Below are positions 34,632 to 43,526 of a stretch of DNA of 64,000 bases, piece by piece. This DNA comes from Anaerolineae bacterium (GTDB lineage: Bacteria; Chloroflexota; Anaerolineae; S140-20). The notes beneath the pieces are model-generated. The model worked only from the letters and a program-made list of their open reading frames with translations. It was not told the DNA's origin and did not search any database. The stretch covers positions 591 to 64,590 of the forward strand of contig JALUTT010000020.1 in the NCBI GenBank assembly GCA_027021705.1. Reading direction: 5' to 3'. Position numbers and translations under genes: made by a program. Within the stretch, counting starts at the first letter, position 1. Each line of letters starts with the position of its first letter.

Positions 34632-35957
34632 TCAGCGCAGAAATGCCGAGGTGAGCAGGGACAAACTGTTCCCCAGCAGAACTCGACGGGGATGAATCCG
34701 GTCCCTCACCTCCGGCGATCGGGGATCGGCCAGGAACCGCTGGTACAGGGCCTGATAGGCCGCCCAGACCGGCTCCTGACGGTAGAAACGGCGGATCCGC
34801 TCTCGAGCCGTCCGAGAGGCGTGCCGATAGAGTCGTTTATCGTCGAGCAGCCGCAGGATGGCGCGGGCGATGGCCTGGTGGTCGCCCGGCGGGGCCAGCA
34901 CGCCGGCTGTCCCCAACCGATCCCCCGCCTCCCACCGGCCGTAGACCAGAGCAGGCAGATCGCCCACGTGGGTAGCCACCACCGGCAGCCCACCCGCCAT
35001 CCCCTCGAGCAGCGCCAAGGGCAGGCTCTCGCTCCGGCTGGTCAGGGTCAGCAGGTGGAATTGACGGTACCAGCCGGCCGGGTCCATCTCCCCCACCAAG
35101 GTGAGCCGATCGGAGAGCCCCAGGCGCTGGACGAGCTCCTGACAGCGGGCGGCGTAGTCGGGAGTGTGGTTGGTCGGGCCGACCACCCAGAAATAGACAT
35201 CGTCCCGGTGGATGGTGACGTGATAGGCCGCCCGGATGAAGGTCACCACGTCCTTGAGCGGGACCACCCGCCCCACCAGCCCCACGTGGTAAGGCCCTTG
35301 GGGAGGCAGGCGACGCGCAGGACCGCCGAAGCGGTTCAAGTCCACCCCGTTGGGGATCACCTGAGTCCGCTGGGGCGGTGCACCCAGGCGAAGCTGAAGC
35401 CGACGCCCGGACTCACTGACCGTGGTCACCCAGTCCGCCTCGGCGTAGATCCGTCGGGCCAGCTCCTGGAAGGCGATGGCCCAGTGAGGCCGGCGGGCTT
35501 GGAGGGCAGGCTGGCCTGCCCCATCGCGGATGACTTGGAAGCCGCACTCCAGCTCTCCAGCGCCGGCCTCGATCTCCCGCCAGTAGATGCCATGCTCGGT
35601 TAGCAGGAACGGGCGTCCCGTCTGCTGTTTCAACTGGAGGCCCAGCAGGCCGGCGAAACCCGTGGAGAGGGCGTGGTAGAGTCGGGCGCGGGGGAGGGTG
35701 AGCCTTTGAGGAAGCGCCTCTTCTACCTGTTCAGGGTGGTCAAAGCGGTTCAGAGGGACGTAGACCAGTTCATGCAGGTTCACCGGGGGGGTGTAGGCCC
35801 AGGACCCAGTCGGTGCATCACCGACCCCCAGGTGGACGAGGGCAAAATCCAGCGACGACAAGTGGTGCAGAAGCCCTGCCACCCAGTGGCCGACGCCGCC
35901 AGTGCGGTAGGGATATGTGCCCTCGAGGATCAGACAGACATCGTGAACCATCGTCAA
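34632..35957 (-). CDS. Second PelF-type GT4 glycosyltransferase
   Basis: DVCLILEGTYPYRTGGVGHW, HALSTGFAG, LLTEHGIYWRE, GRVVPLKDVVTFIRA, SRSESLPLALLEGM. Confidence 0.85.
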   Translation of the reverse strand: MTMVHDVCLILEGTYPYRTGGVGHWVAGLLHHLSSLDFALVHLGVGDAPTGSWAYTPPVNLHELVYVPLNRFDHPEQVEEALPQRLTLPRARLYHALSTGFAGLLGLQLKQQTGRPFLLTEHGIYWREIEAGAGELECGFQVIRDGAGQPALQARRPHWAIAFQELARRIYAEADWVTTVSESGRRLQLRLGAPPQRTQVIPNGVDLNRFGGPARRLPPQGPYHVGLVGRVVPLKDVVTFIRAAYHVTIHRDDVYFWVVGPTNHTPDYAARCQELVQRLGLSDRLTLVGEMDPAGWYRQFHLLTLTSRSESLPLALLEGMAGGLPVVATHVGDLPALVYGRWEAGDRLGTAGVLAPPGDHQAIARAILRLLDDKRLYRHASRTARERIRRFYRQEPVWAAYQALYQRFLADPRSPEVRDRIHPRRVLLGNSLSLLTSAFLR

Positions 35958-35958
35958 C

Positions 35959-36384
35959 TCACTTTCGTTTGCGCAGGATCAGTTCGGTGCCCTGGTCGTG
36001 GTCGGTGATGTAGTGCACCTCGTCCATCACCTGCTGGATCAGGAAGAGTCCGTAGCCCCCCTCGTGCAAGGCGTCCAGATTGGGCGGACGGTAGGCTGCG
36101 GGATCGAACTTGCGGCCGAAGTCTCGCAGGCGAAGGGTCAGCCACCGGCCGTCGTCGGCAACGGTCAGGATGATGCGAGCTTCGGGCCGCTCGGCGTAAG
36201 CGTGACGCACAATGTTGGTGCAGGCTTCGCTCACGGCCAGCGCGATCTCCGCGATCGCTTCGCCGGAGAGCCCTGCCCGGCGAGCCTGAGCCGTCGCCCA
36301 CTCCCGCGCCTGGCGGATGATCTCCGGCCCGCCGCGCAACTCCAGCCGCTCTTCGCTCCCGCCCTGCATCCCCACTCTCAGCAC
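35959..36384 (-). CDS. RsbW/SpoIIAB-type anti-sigma serine kinase
   Basis: IALAVSEACTNIVRHAY, LRDFG, GGYGLFLIQQVMD. Confidence 0.9.
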   Translation of the reverse strand: MLRVGMQGGSEERLELRGGPEIIRQAREWATAQARRAGLSGEAIAEIALAVSEACTNIVRHAYAERPEARIILTVADDGRWLTLRLRDFGRKFDPAAYRPPNLDALHEGGYGLFLIQQVMDEVHYITDHDQGTELILRKRK

Positions 36385-36468
36385 GCTTCCTTAAATCAGC
36401 AGCCAGGGGACCGACCCCGCACCTCAGGATGGTCCCCCCGGCTTCTGTTGAGGCAGTTGCTGCCTGTA

Positions 36469-36840
36469 TCACCCCTGTTCACGGTAACTTGCCACGGCCA
36501 AGGTCCGGTCCTCGTAGATCTCGAAGACCCGATCCAGGCGGGTCAATTCCAAGATCTTGCGGATTTCGGGCCGGACACGGCAGAGCCGCACGTCCCCGTG
36601 TCCAATGCGGATGCGCTTGAAGAGCTTGACCAGAGCTGCCAGGCCGGAACTGTCCATAAAGGGCACACCGGCCAGGTCAATCACGTAGTTCTGCTCTCCG
36701 GCAGCCACCAGTCGGTCGAAAGTCTCGTGAAGCTGAGGCACCGTCAGGGTGTCAATCTCGCCCTCGACCACGACCACGGTGACGTTGTCCACCTTCTGCG
36801 CCTCGATCTTCATCGTCTGTGCTTCCTTCATCGTTCTCAA
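36469..36840 (-). CDS. STAS anti-anti-sigma factor (RsbV/SpoIIAA type)
   Basis: GEIDT, IDLAGVPFMDSSGL (phospho-Ser motif), ILELTRLDRVF. Confidence 0.92.
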   Translation of the reverse strand: MRTMKEAQTMKIEAQKVDNVTVVVVEGEIDTLTVPQLHETFDRLVAAGEQNYVIDLAGVPFMDSSGLAALVKLFKRIRIGHGDVRLCRVRPEIRKILELTRLDRVFEIYEDRTLAVASYREQG

Positions 36841-36846
36841 GACCTC

Positions 36847-38433
36847 TCAGGGTCCAGCTGTTCCCTTCTCTTCCATCGCTCCGATAATCCTCAGATAGGC
36901 ATCCACAACCTGGGGGTCGAACTGGGTTCCCCGGCGCTGCCGCAGCGCGTTGGCCAGCCGATCGGAGGAAAGGCCGGGACGTACCGGGTCATCGGTGATC
37001 GTCTCCACGACGAATTCGGCCAGGGCCAGGATACGCCCGGTCAGAGGGATCTCCTCGCCCTTGAGGCCCTGAGGGAACCCCCATCCATCATACCACTCGT
37101 GATGGCTGGCGATGGTCGCCCCGATCGCAGGGTCCAAGGGGAGCGCATCGAAGATCTGGGCACCAATGGTGGGATGGTGGAAATCGGCGCGGAAGCCCCG
37201 CTCCGCCTCGACGATGCCACACATCCCCACGTCGTGTCCGAGCGCCGCAATGCGCAGGTGCTCTTGCTGCTCCGGGTCCAGATCCAGCTCCCGGGCGACG
37301 GCCATGGCGACCTGAGCAACACGCCGATGGTGGTTCTCGGTGTAGGGATAGCGAGCATCCAGGGCCTGAGCCAGGGCATGAAGGGTAGCGATGTAGCGCT
37401 TCTTGAGGTCCTCGAGCAGGGTGCTGTTGGCCAGCATCAGCCGAATTTGGTCGGCGAAGATCTCCAGGAAACGGAGGGTGTGGGCATCGAAGCGGGCTGG
37501 CCGCTGGAGGTTGAGCAGGGCGAAGACCCCCAACACCCGCTCCCCCTCTACCAGGGGGACTGCGACGATGGCTCGCACACCCATCGCCTGGATGGACACG
37601 ACGTCGTGGACCACCAGGGAGCGGGTCTCCGGCAACCAGGCGAAGAGCCCCTCATCGGGTGTCAGGTCCACCTCTTCCAGGAACCCTTCGGGCAGCCCCT
37701 GAGCGGCCCGCACAGTCAGGGACTCCTCGTGGGTGCCGATGGCGACGAAGCCGGCCTCGCTCCGGGTCGCCTTGATGGCCAGATCCAGAAGCAAGGCGAT
37801 GAAATCTTCCAGATCGAGGGTAGAGCGAAGCATCTGCTGGCTGATCTCCATCCGCGTTTGCAGCTCACCCAGTTCCTCGGCCAAGGCATTCCACGCCCGA
37901 AGCAGGGCAAAGGCGTGGGCGAGAGGCAGGGCGAGGGCCTCCAGTCGGCGCTGCTGGGCACGACTGAGGCTCCCTTCGGTAGGTCCCACCTGGAGCAGCC
38001 CGACTACCTCGCCCACCCGATCGCGCAGCGGCAGGGAGAAGAGAGAGCCGGCCGTCGTCGAGACCCATCGGGCCTCGGCCCACCCCTCGTCAAAGGGGAT
38101 GATCAAAGGAAGGGCGCTCTCTTCCTCCAGCGAGGAGGCTGTGGCGATGGGCAGGGGAGCCGCTGCCATCTCCCCTGAGGAGCGCTCGGCCGACGAGGCC
38201 CCCGTTCGCCGGTCCCGCAGGGTTTCCAGGACGAAGTGGCCTCGTTCCCGGTCGAGCCAGTAGAGGCCCGTCAGGGGCCACCCTGAGAGCGCCAGCAACC
38301 GATCGGCGCTCTCAGCGTAGGGCTGGCCTGGAGCGAGGCGGGAGAAGACAGCAGACCAGGGCTCTTCGTTTCCGTGCTTCCAGAAGGACATTGCTGTTGC
38401 CTGGAAAGTAGCGTCAGAAGACACCGGCACCAT
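36847..38433 (-). CDS. GAF + degenerate HD-GYP domain protein
   Basis: ALDARYPYTENH, GHDVGM, HHEWYDGWGFP, GRILALAE, GTQFDP. Start uncertain (38433 or 38391). Confidence 0.85.
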   Translation of the reverse strand: MVPVSSDATFQATAMSFWKHGNEEPWSAVFSRLAPGQPYAESADRLLALSGWPLTGLYWLDRERGHFVLETLRDRRTGASSAERSSGEMAAAPLPIATASSLEEESALPLIIPFDEGWAEARWVSTTAGSLFSLPLRDRVGEVVGLLQVGPTEGSLSRAQQRRLEALALPLAHAFALLRAWNALAEELGELQTRMEISQQMLRSTLDLEDFIALLLDLAIKATRSEAGFVAIGTHEESLTVRAAQGLPEGFLEEVDLTPDEGLFAWLPETRSLVVHDVVSIQAMGVRAIVAVPLVEGERVLGVFALLNLQRPARFDAHTLRFLEIFADQIRLMLANSTLLEDLKKRYIATLHALAQALDARYPYTENHHRRVAQVAMAVARELDLDPEQQEHLRIAALGHDVGMCGIVEAERGFRADFHHPTIGAQIFDALPLDPAIGATIASHHEWYDGWGFPQGLKGEEIPLTGRILALAEFVVETITDDPVRPGLSSDRLANALRQRRGTQFDPQVVDAYLRIIGAMEEKGTAGP

Positions 38434-38444
38434 TCGCTGCCTAT

Positions 38445-38516
38445 ACCATAGCACAAGAGGAGCCCGCTGTCCGTAAAGGGGTGATAAAGGGGACGTAAAA
38501 GAGGCGTAAAAAGGGG
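38445..38516 (-). promoter_or_regulatory. Putative operon promoter (TGnTATGGT) with four 11-bp-period direct repeats upstream
   Basis: On the + strand GTAAAGGGGTG/ATAAAGGGGAC/GTAAAAGAGGC/GTAAAAAGGGG at 38473, 38484, 38495, 38506; -10 box at 38445-38450. Confidence 0.6.
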
Positions 38517-38772
38517 ATTGCGCTGGTTTCTGGAGGAACTCACCACCTCCGTCTCCCCGGTTCGAACCGCCAGCCCGCCCTGGGGCGCGTTCCCCATCCC
38601 TCCGACCAGCACCCCCTCGGCCAACGGGATCCCGTTGCCGTCGGAGCGCCGGCCGTACAGGCCCCCCGACCGCTCCCGAAAAGGTACCACAGCCCTATTG
38701 AGCCTCCCGCCAGCCTGTGTTACCATGCCAACATCGGGGATGTGAAGACGGGCACATGGCTGCGGCGGCTGT

Positions 38773-38877
38773 AACTGTTCACCCTCCCGCAGGTTAGGCG
38801 CGTTTCCGACGCGAAACCGTGCTTCCAATAGCCCATCGAGGCTGAAAGCGCCCTCGACCGGCGACCTGCGGGAGGGC
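38773..38877 (+). repeat. REPIN/MITE-like dispersed element, copy 3
   Basis: Same inverted ends and interior as 11477-11581 with a few substitutions. Confidence 0.9.
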
Positions 38878-38940
38878 AGACTGATGGATACCGGCGGCTT
38901 TGTCTTCGATCGGATCCTGGTTGTCGTGAGGAGGGACACA

Positions 38941-41900
38941 ATGGCACGTTTTATCCGCTTCTCCCTGGTCTTCGTCCTTGGCGTCGGGGCGCTCCTGGTC
39001 CTGATAGCCCTGATGCCCTCGGCGCTGTGGGCCGGTTCCGGCGCGGGGCCCACAGCCCTCTCGTCTCCCCACACCGCTTCAGGCCCCGCCCTGGGGGCGA
39101 TGCAGGTCGCCTTCCCCCCCGGCACCCGGCTCACGCCGATGGGGGCCGGACAGACCGACGCCACCCAGCGGCGAGAGGCCTACCGAGCCCTCTTCCAGGC
39201 CATCTACGAGCGGGAAGACCTGGCCTGGATGGCGACGCCCCTCCAGGGCACCCTCAGCTTCCCCGCCGGTTCGGTGCTGGGCGACCTGAGCGGCCCCTTC
39301 ACCACCTACAACCTGGCCGGTGGGGCTACCATCTCCCGCGCCTTCGCCCTGCACCCCATCCGCATCGCTCTTTTCGACAGCGGACTGCGGGACGAGTTCG
39401 ACCAGACCGTCGTCTGGGAGCGGGGCGACTTCGAGCAGCTCTTCCGCGTCTACCTCTGGAGCAACCGCTTCACCGTCGTCACGGAGACGGCCATCCTCAA
39501 CGGAGCCCTGACCGACTACGACCTGCTCATCATCCCCGCCTTCCGGCTGGGCTGGGCCGAGGAGGTGGCCGCCTCCCTGGGTGACGACGGTCTGGAGGCG
39601 TTGCGGCGCTTCGTCGAGCAGGGCGGCTGGCTCTACGCCCAGTCCGACGGGGCCTGGCTGGCCCAGGCGGCCGGCCTTGTGCCCACCGGCACGGTGGACC
39701 TGACCAGTCGGGTCACCGACCTGGACAACCGGGCCGCCCTCGCCCTCGACCTGCCCGACCATCCCCTCACCTTCTCCTGGCTGGAGCTGACGACCTACGT
39801 CCTCAACGAACCCCGCCTCAGCGCCACGGCCGGCGTCAGCGTCGTCGCCCACTACGACGGCGACACCACCGCTCCCGGCGCGCCGGCCCTCTTGACCGCC
39901 ACCTACGGCAAGGGGCGGGTCATCCTGATGAACGGCCACCCCTCGGACCAGGTGGAGGACTACCCCCAGGTCATAGACGTGCTGCTGTGGGCGATGGGCC
40001 GCCGGGCCGGCTTCCACGGCACCCTCTGCCAGACCTACACCGACGCCGTCGGCTGCCGCGTCATCCCCGCCTACGAAGCCGGCGTCCCCATCCGCATCAC
40101 CAGCACCTTCAAGAACCTGTGGGACGGCCCGCTGAGCGACGTGATCGTCACCGAGACGCTGCAGCCCGGCTTCACCACCACCTGGGCCAGCATCCAGCCG
40201 GCGCCCACGGCCCTCTACACCAACCCCGACGGCAGCACCACCATCGTCTGGGCCTCCAACCCGCCCTCGGGCACCGCGTCGCTGCCCAACCAGGTACCGC
40301 CGGGGGAGACGGTCTTCGCCTACACCGCCTGGACCGAGGAGGACACCTTGGCCGCCGGGTCGGCACGGGTCAGCCGGGCCGAGGCCAGCTACTACGACCC
40401 CTACGAGGGCCGGCGCTACACCCTGCGGCGCAACGACCTCTGGATCTCGGCCAAGATGGCCGCCCGGCTGGTGGGCGACCGGGACATCGAGCTGGACGCC
40501 ATCTACCCGCTGCCGGCGGGCGGGGCCTACTTCGACATCGCCCTGCCGCTGGAGAACAAGGAGGAGACGGACGCCCACCACGTCGTCATCACCGACCTGG
40601 TGGCCCTCGTCTCGCCCATCGTGGACGCCGACGACCAGCGGCGCATCCCCCAGGTGGTGAGCGACACGGTGAGCGGCGGGGCTGCCCTCTCCAGCACCCT
40701 CTGGGCGGTCAACAGCGTCTTCTTCTACAGCACGCCGGTCTCCCTCTACCCCCTGCCGACCATCAACGGCGTGGCCGCCTCGGTGGGCGTCACCTACGGG
40801 CTGGCCTACGCCAACGCCGTCTACACCTTCACCGGCTCCTTCACCACCACGCCCGGCTACAGCAACTCCATCACCATCCCGCCCTCGCTGAGCGGCGTCG
40901 TCACGCTGACCGACGAGGGGCTGGTGCTGCCGGCACTGCGGATGGTGTGGGACCTAGGCACCTTCCCCGCCTACGACTACCAGGAACCGGCCATCCGCTA
41001 CGGCCTCTTCAGCCGGGAGAGCGAGGGGCGGACCGTCAGCGTCGTCGGTGACCCCATCTCTCCCTCCTTGGTGCTGGAGGCCAGCGGCGCGTCCATCTTC
41101 ACCAACCTGGGCGGCCACCCCATCCCCTACCACGAGTACCTGCGCAGCGGGATCGTCCACGTGCCGGTGCCGGAGGAGATGCCCCGCGTCACCTACGCCG
41201 ACCTCTGGGAGCGGCCCCAGACGATGACGCTGCGCACCACCTTCTACGACCTGGCCCCCTTCCCCGGGCCGGAGCGGCACGCCGTCGTCAATACCACCTT
41301 TGAGATGCGGGCCGACCGGGACGGCGACGGGGTGGGGGAGACGCGGGTGCTGGAGTTCCCGGCCCGCGAGGGCGCCGACCTGATCCTCTACCTCAAGTCC
41401 TGGTCCAACGTCAGCCCTTCGGACCCGCCCCTGCAGAAGGACGAGACACTGATCCGCCAGGGGATGTTCCGGGGGCTGGGCTTCAGCCTGGAGCCCTGGA
41501 CGGGGAGCTGGTGGGACTCCTGGTGGACGCCCAACCTGCAGGGGGTGGTGACGGCGACGGACCTGGTGACGGTGGTGCGGCTGCCAGCCTACGACTTCCT
41601 CTACTTCCAGCAATATCTAGAAAGCCAGCAGCGGGAGGCCATCGTCATCAGCGCGACGCTGGGGACCTACCCCGGCTTCCACCGGGAGGGGGTGATGAAG
41701 GTGGACGACGGGGCCCGCTTCGTCTACCACCAAAAAGCGGCCGGCCCCAGCCGCTACGAGGTCTTCGACACCCACGTCCAGGCCGTCTTCGGCCTCTCCG
41801 CCGACCCCCTGCTCCAGAAGTGGGTGGCCCCCGTCCTCATCGCCACCTACGAGGACCAGGTCTACCACTTCATCCGCATCCAGGATCCGTGGGACCCCCG

Positions 41901-43338
41901 CGAGTTCGGCTGGGAGCCCTTCATCAAGAGCTACGGCTTCGGCGAGCTGGCGGCGACGGTCTACGTGGGTGGGCGGCACGGCTCTGAACTCCTCTTCCCG
42001 CGCCTGCGCCCCGGCGGCCGCACCCAGGTGCGGTTGGAGATTCGGAACAACCAGACGGGCATCACGCTGACCAACTTGGTGATCACGCCGGTGGCCCCGG
42101 CCGGCATCACCGTCACGCCCCGCAGCGTGACCGAGACCCAGGCCGTCGAGCCGATCTTCTACGACTTCCCCTTCCTGCACCAGACGACGGTGCCGGAGGG
42201 CTGGCGGACGGTCTGGTACTTCGACGTGGAGGTCTCACCCACCTTCACCGACACGGGCCGCACCCAGGAGATCCGCTTCCAGGTGACGGCCGACGGGCTG
42301 CCGGCCGACTTCCAGGTGCCTGCGGCGCTCATCGGCGTCGAGGACAACGCGGGGCGGGTGCGCACCGTCTACGGCCAGGCGACGGACCTGCTGCTGGAGG
42401 ACCTGCTGCCGCCCGACGTCTCCCCCCTGGAGGCCCGCATCGGCAACACCGACGAGATCACGGCCCTCCAGGCGGCCCTGGCCCTGGGCCAGCCGACGAC
42501 GGCGACGGCCCTCTTCCAGGGGCTGCGCAGCGCCGGCCTGACGACCCGCACCGTCGCCGGCGGCACCCAGGTCACCTTCACCCTGCCGGTCAGCGGCGAC
42601 GACGACGCCACCCAGATGCCCTGGCTGAACGGCGGTGAGCGGGATGGGACGCTCTGGGTGGTGCTCAAGTCGGAGACGACCATCCCCCGCAGCGGCACCA
42701 ACCTGGTCAACGACGGCCCCACCCTCACCTTCACCGACGACTTCAGCCAGACCTACACGGCGGAGGGGAACGAGGAGACGGTGGAGGTCCACGGCGCGGC
42801 GATGGTTGTCACCTACACCGTCAACGGCATCACGCTGACAAAGAACGGGAAGCCGCTCAAGGGCTTCCTGCCGGGGAAAGAGCACCTGCTGGACCTGACG
42901 CTCCTGGCCACCAACGAGGGCGACTACATCGCCAGCAGCGTGCGGCTGACGGCGGTGCTGACCTCCGGCGGCGTCCTCTCCAGCACCAGCGTGCCGACGG
43001 TGGCGCAGGGGACGAACTACGCCGCCTGGGCCCTGGGCGACGTGGCCCCTGGCGAGACGAAGGCGATCCGGGTCACCCTCGTCGTCACCCCGCCGGTGAC
43101 GGGCACGGTGACGCTGGGGGTGACCGCCTTGCCGGAGAGCTGGGTGGTCATCGAGCGGACCGATGGACACTTCGTCAACGAGTTCACCCACAGCCTGATG
43201 CCCCACAAGGTGGTGGTGGATCGGACGCTGGCGGGTGCGTTGAGGATCGGATCGGCCACCCGGTTCGCCCGCCTCTTCCTGCCCATCGTCACGCGCAACT
43301 ACCAAAACACCTGGTGGCCCAAAGGGCAAGATCGGTGA
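38941..43338 (+). CDS. Large secreted multidomain protein (class I GATase-like domain, Ig/DUF11-like domains, C-terminal LFLPIVTR tail)
   Basis: Signal peptide MARFIRFSLVFVLG; YDLLIIP..LRRFVEQGGWL..GKGRVIL..HP; Thr/Val-rich beta domains. Confidence 0.8.
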   Translation: MARFIRFSLVFVLGVGALLVLIALMPSALWAGSGAGPTALSSPHTASGPALGAMQVAFPPGTRLTPMGAGQTDATQRREAYRALFQAIYEREDLAWMATPLQGTLSFPAGSVLGDLSGPFTTYNLAGGATISRAFALHPIRIALFDSGLRDEFDQTVVWERGDFEQLFRVYLWSNRFTVVTETAILNGALTDYDLLIIPAFRLGWAEEVAASLGDDGLEALRRFVEQGGWLYAQSDGAWLAQAAGLVPTGTVDLTSRVTDLDNRAALALDLPDHPLTFSWLELTTYVLNEPRLSATAGVSVVAHYDGDTTAPGAPALLTATYGKGRVILMNGHPSDQVEDYPQVIDVLLWAMGRRAGFHGTLCQTYTDAVGCRVIPAYEAGVPIRITSTFKNLWDGPLSDVIVTETLQPGFTTTWASIQPAPTALYTNPDGSTTIVWASNPPSGTASLPNQVPPGETVFAYTAWTEEDTLAAGSARVSRAEASYYDPYEGRRYTLRRNDLWISAKMAARLVGDRDIELDAIYPLPAGGAYFDIALPLENKEETDAHHVVITDLVALVSPIVDADDQRRIPQVVSDTVSGGAALSSTLWAVNSVFFYSTPVSLYPLPTINGVAASVGVTYGLAYANAVYTFTGSFTTTPGYSNSITIPPSLSGVVTLTDEGLVLPALRMVWDLGTFPAYDYQEPAIRYGLFSRESEGRTVSVVGDPISPSLVLEASGASIFTNLGGHPIPYHEYLRSGIVHVPVPEEMPRVTYADLWERPQTMTLRTTFYDLAPFPGPERHAVVNTTFEMRADRDGDGVGETRVLEFPAREGADLILYLKSWSNVSPSDPPLQKDETLIRQGMFRGLGFSLEPWTGSWWDSWWTPNLQGVVTATDLVTVVRLPAYDFLYFQQYLESQQREAIVISATLGTYPGFHREGVMKVDDGARFVYHQKAAGPSRYEVFDTHVQAVFGLSADPLLQKWVAPVLIATYEDQVYHFIRIQDPWDPREFGWEPFIKSYGFGELAATVYVGGRHGSELLFPRLRPGGRTQVRLEIRNNQTGITLTNLVITPVAPAGITVTPRSVTETQAVEPIFYDFPFLHQTTVPEGWRTVWYFDVEVSPTFTDTGRTQEIRFQVTADGLPADFQVPAALIGVEDNAGRVRTVYGQATDLLLEDLLPPDVSPLEARIGNTDEITALQAALALGQPTTATALFQGLRSAGLTTRTVAGGTQVTFTLPVSGDDDATQMPWLNGGERDGTLWVVLKSETTIPRSGTNLVNDGPTLTFTDDFSQTYTAEGNEETVEVHGAAMVVTYTVNGITLTKNGKPLKGFLPGKEHLLDLTLLATNEGDYIASSVRLTAVLTSGGVLSSTSVPTVAQGTNYAAWALGDVAPGETKAIRVTLVVTPPVTGTVTLGVTALPESWVVIERTDGHFVNEFTHSLMPHKVVVDRTLAGALRIGSATRFARLFLPIVTRNYQNTWWPKGQDR

Positions 43339-43352
43339 GGGGCAACACAACA

Positions 43353-43387
43353 CAGCCGGGGGCCATACGGCCCCCGGCTGCTTTTAT
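43353..43387 (+). terminator. Intrinsic terminator
   Basis: cagccgggggcc-atac-ggcccccggctg-cttttat. Confidence 0.85.
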
Positions 43388-43406
43388 GGGGTCCTGGGCC
43401 GTCAAT

Positions 43407-43433
43407 GTAGCGCAGGATGCCATCTTGCGCAAC
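43407..43433. repeat. GTAG-type REP-like palindrome
   Basis: GTAGCGCAGGATGCCATCTTGCGCAAC; only copy seen in the window. Confidence 0.45.
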
Positions 43434-43526
43434 GTGGGGACTTGAGGTACAATCTTTGCGGATCTGGGGGGCCGGGGGAGCGCCGCCCTCGGCGCGGGGG
43501 TTCCGCCTCCGTGGCCGGGGGCCTGC

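Noticed and set aside
36385-36468. c-di-GMP riboswitch between the STAS and RsbW genes
   Set aside because: Only a GC hairpin (ggggacc...ggtcccc); the GEMM consensus motifs are not visible.
22218-38433. tRNA-integrated genomic island carrying the Pel-like operon
   Set aside because: The operon lies on the tRNA 5' side, and I saw no integrase and no duplicated tRNA 3' end.
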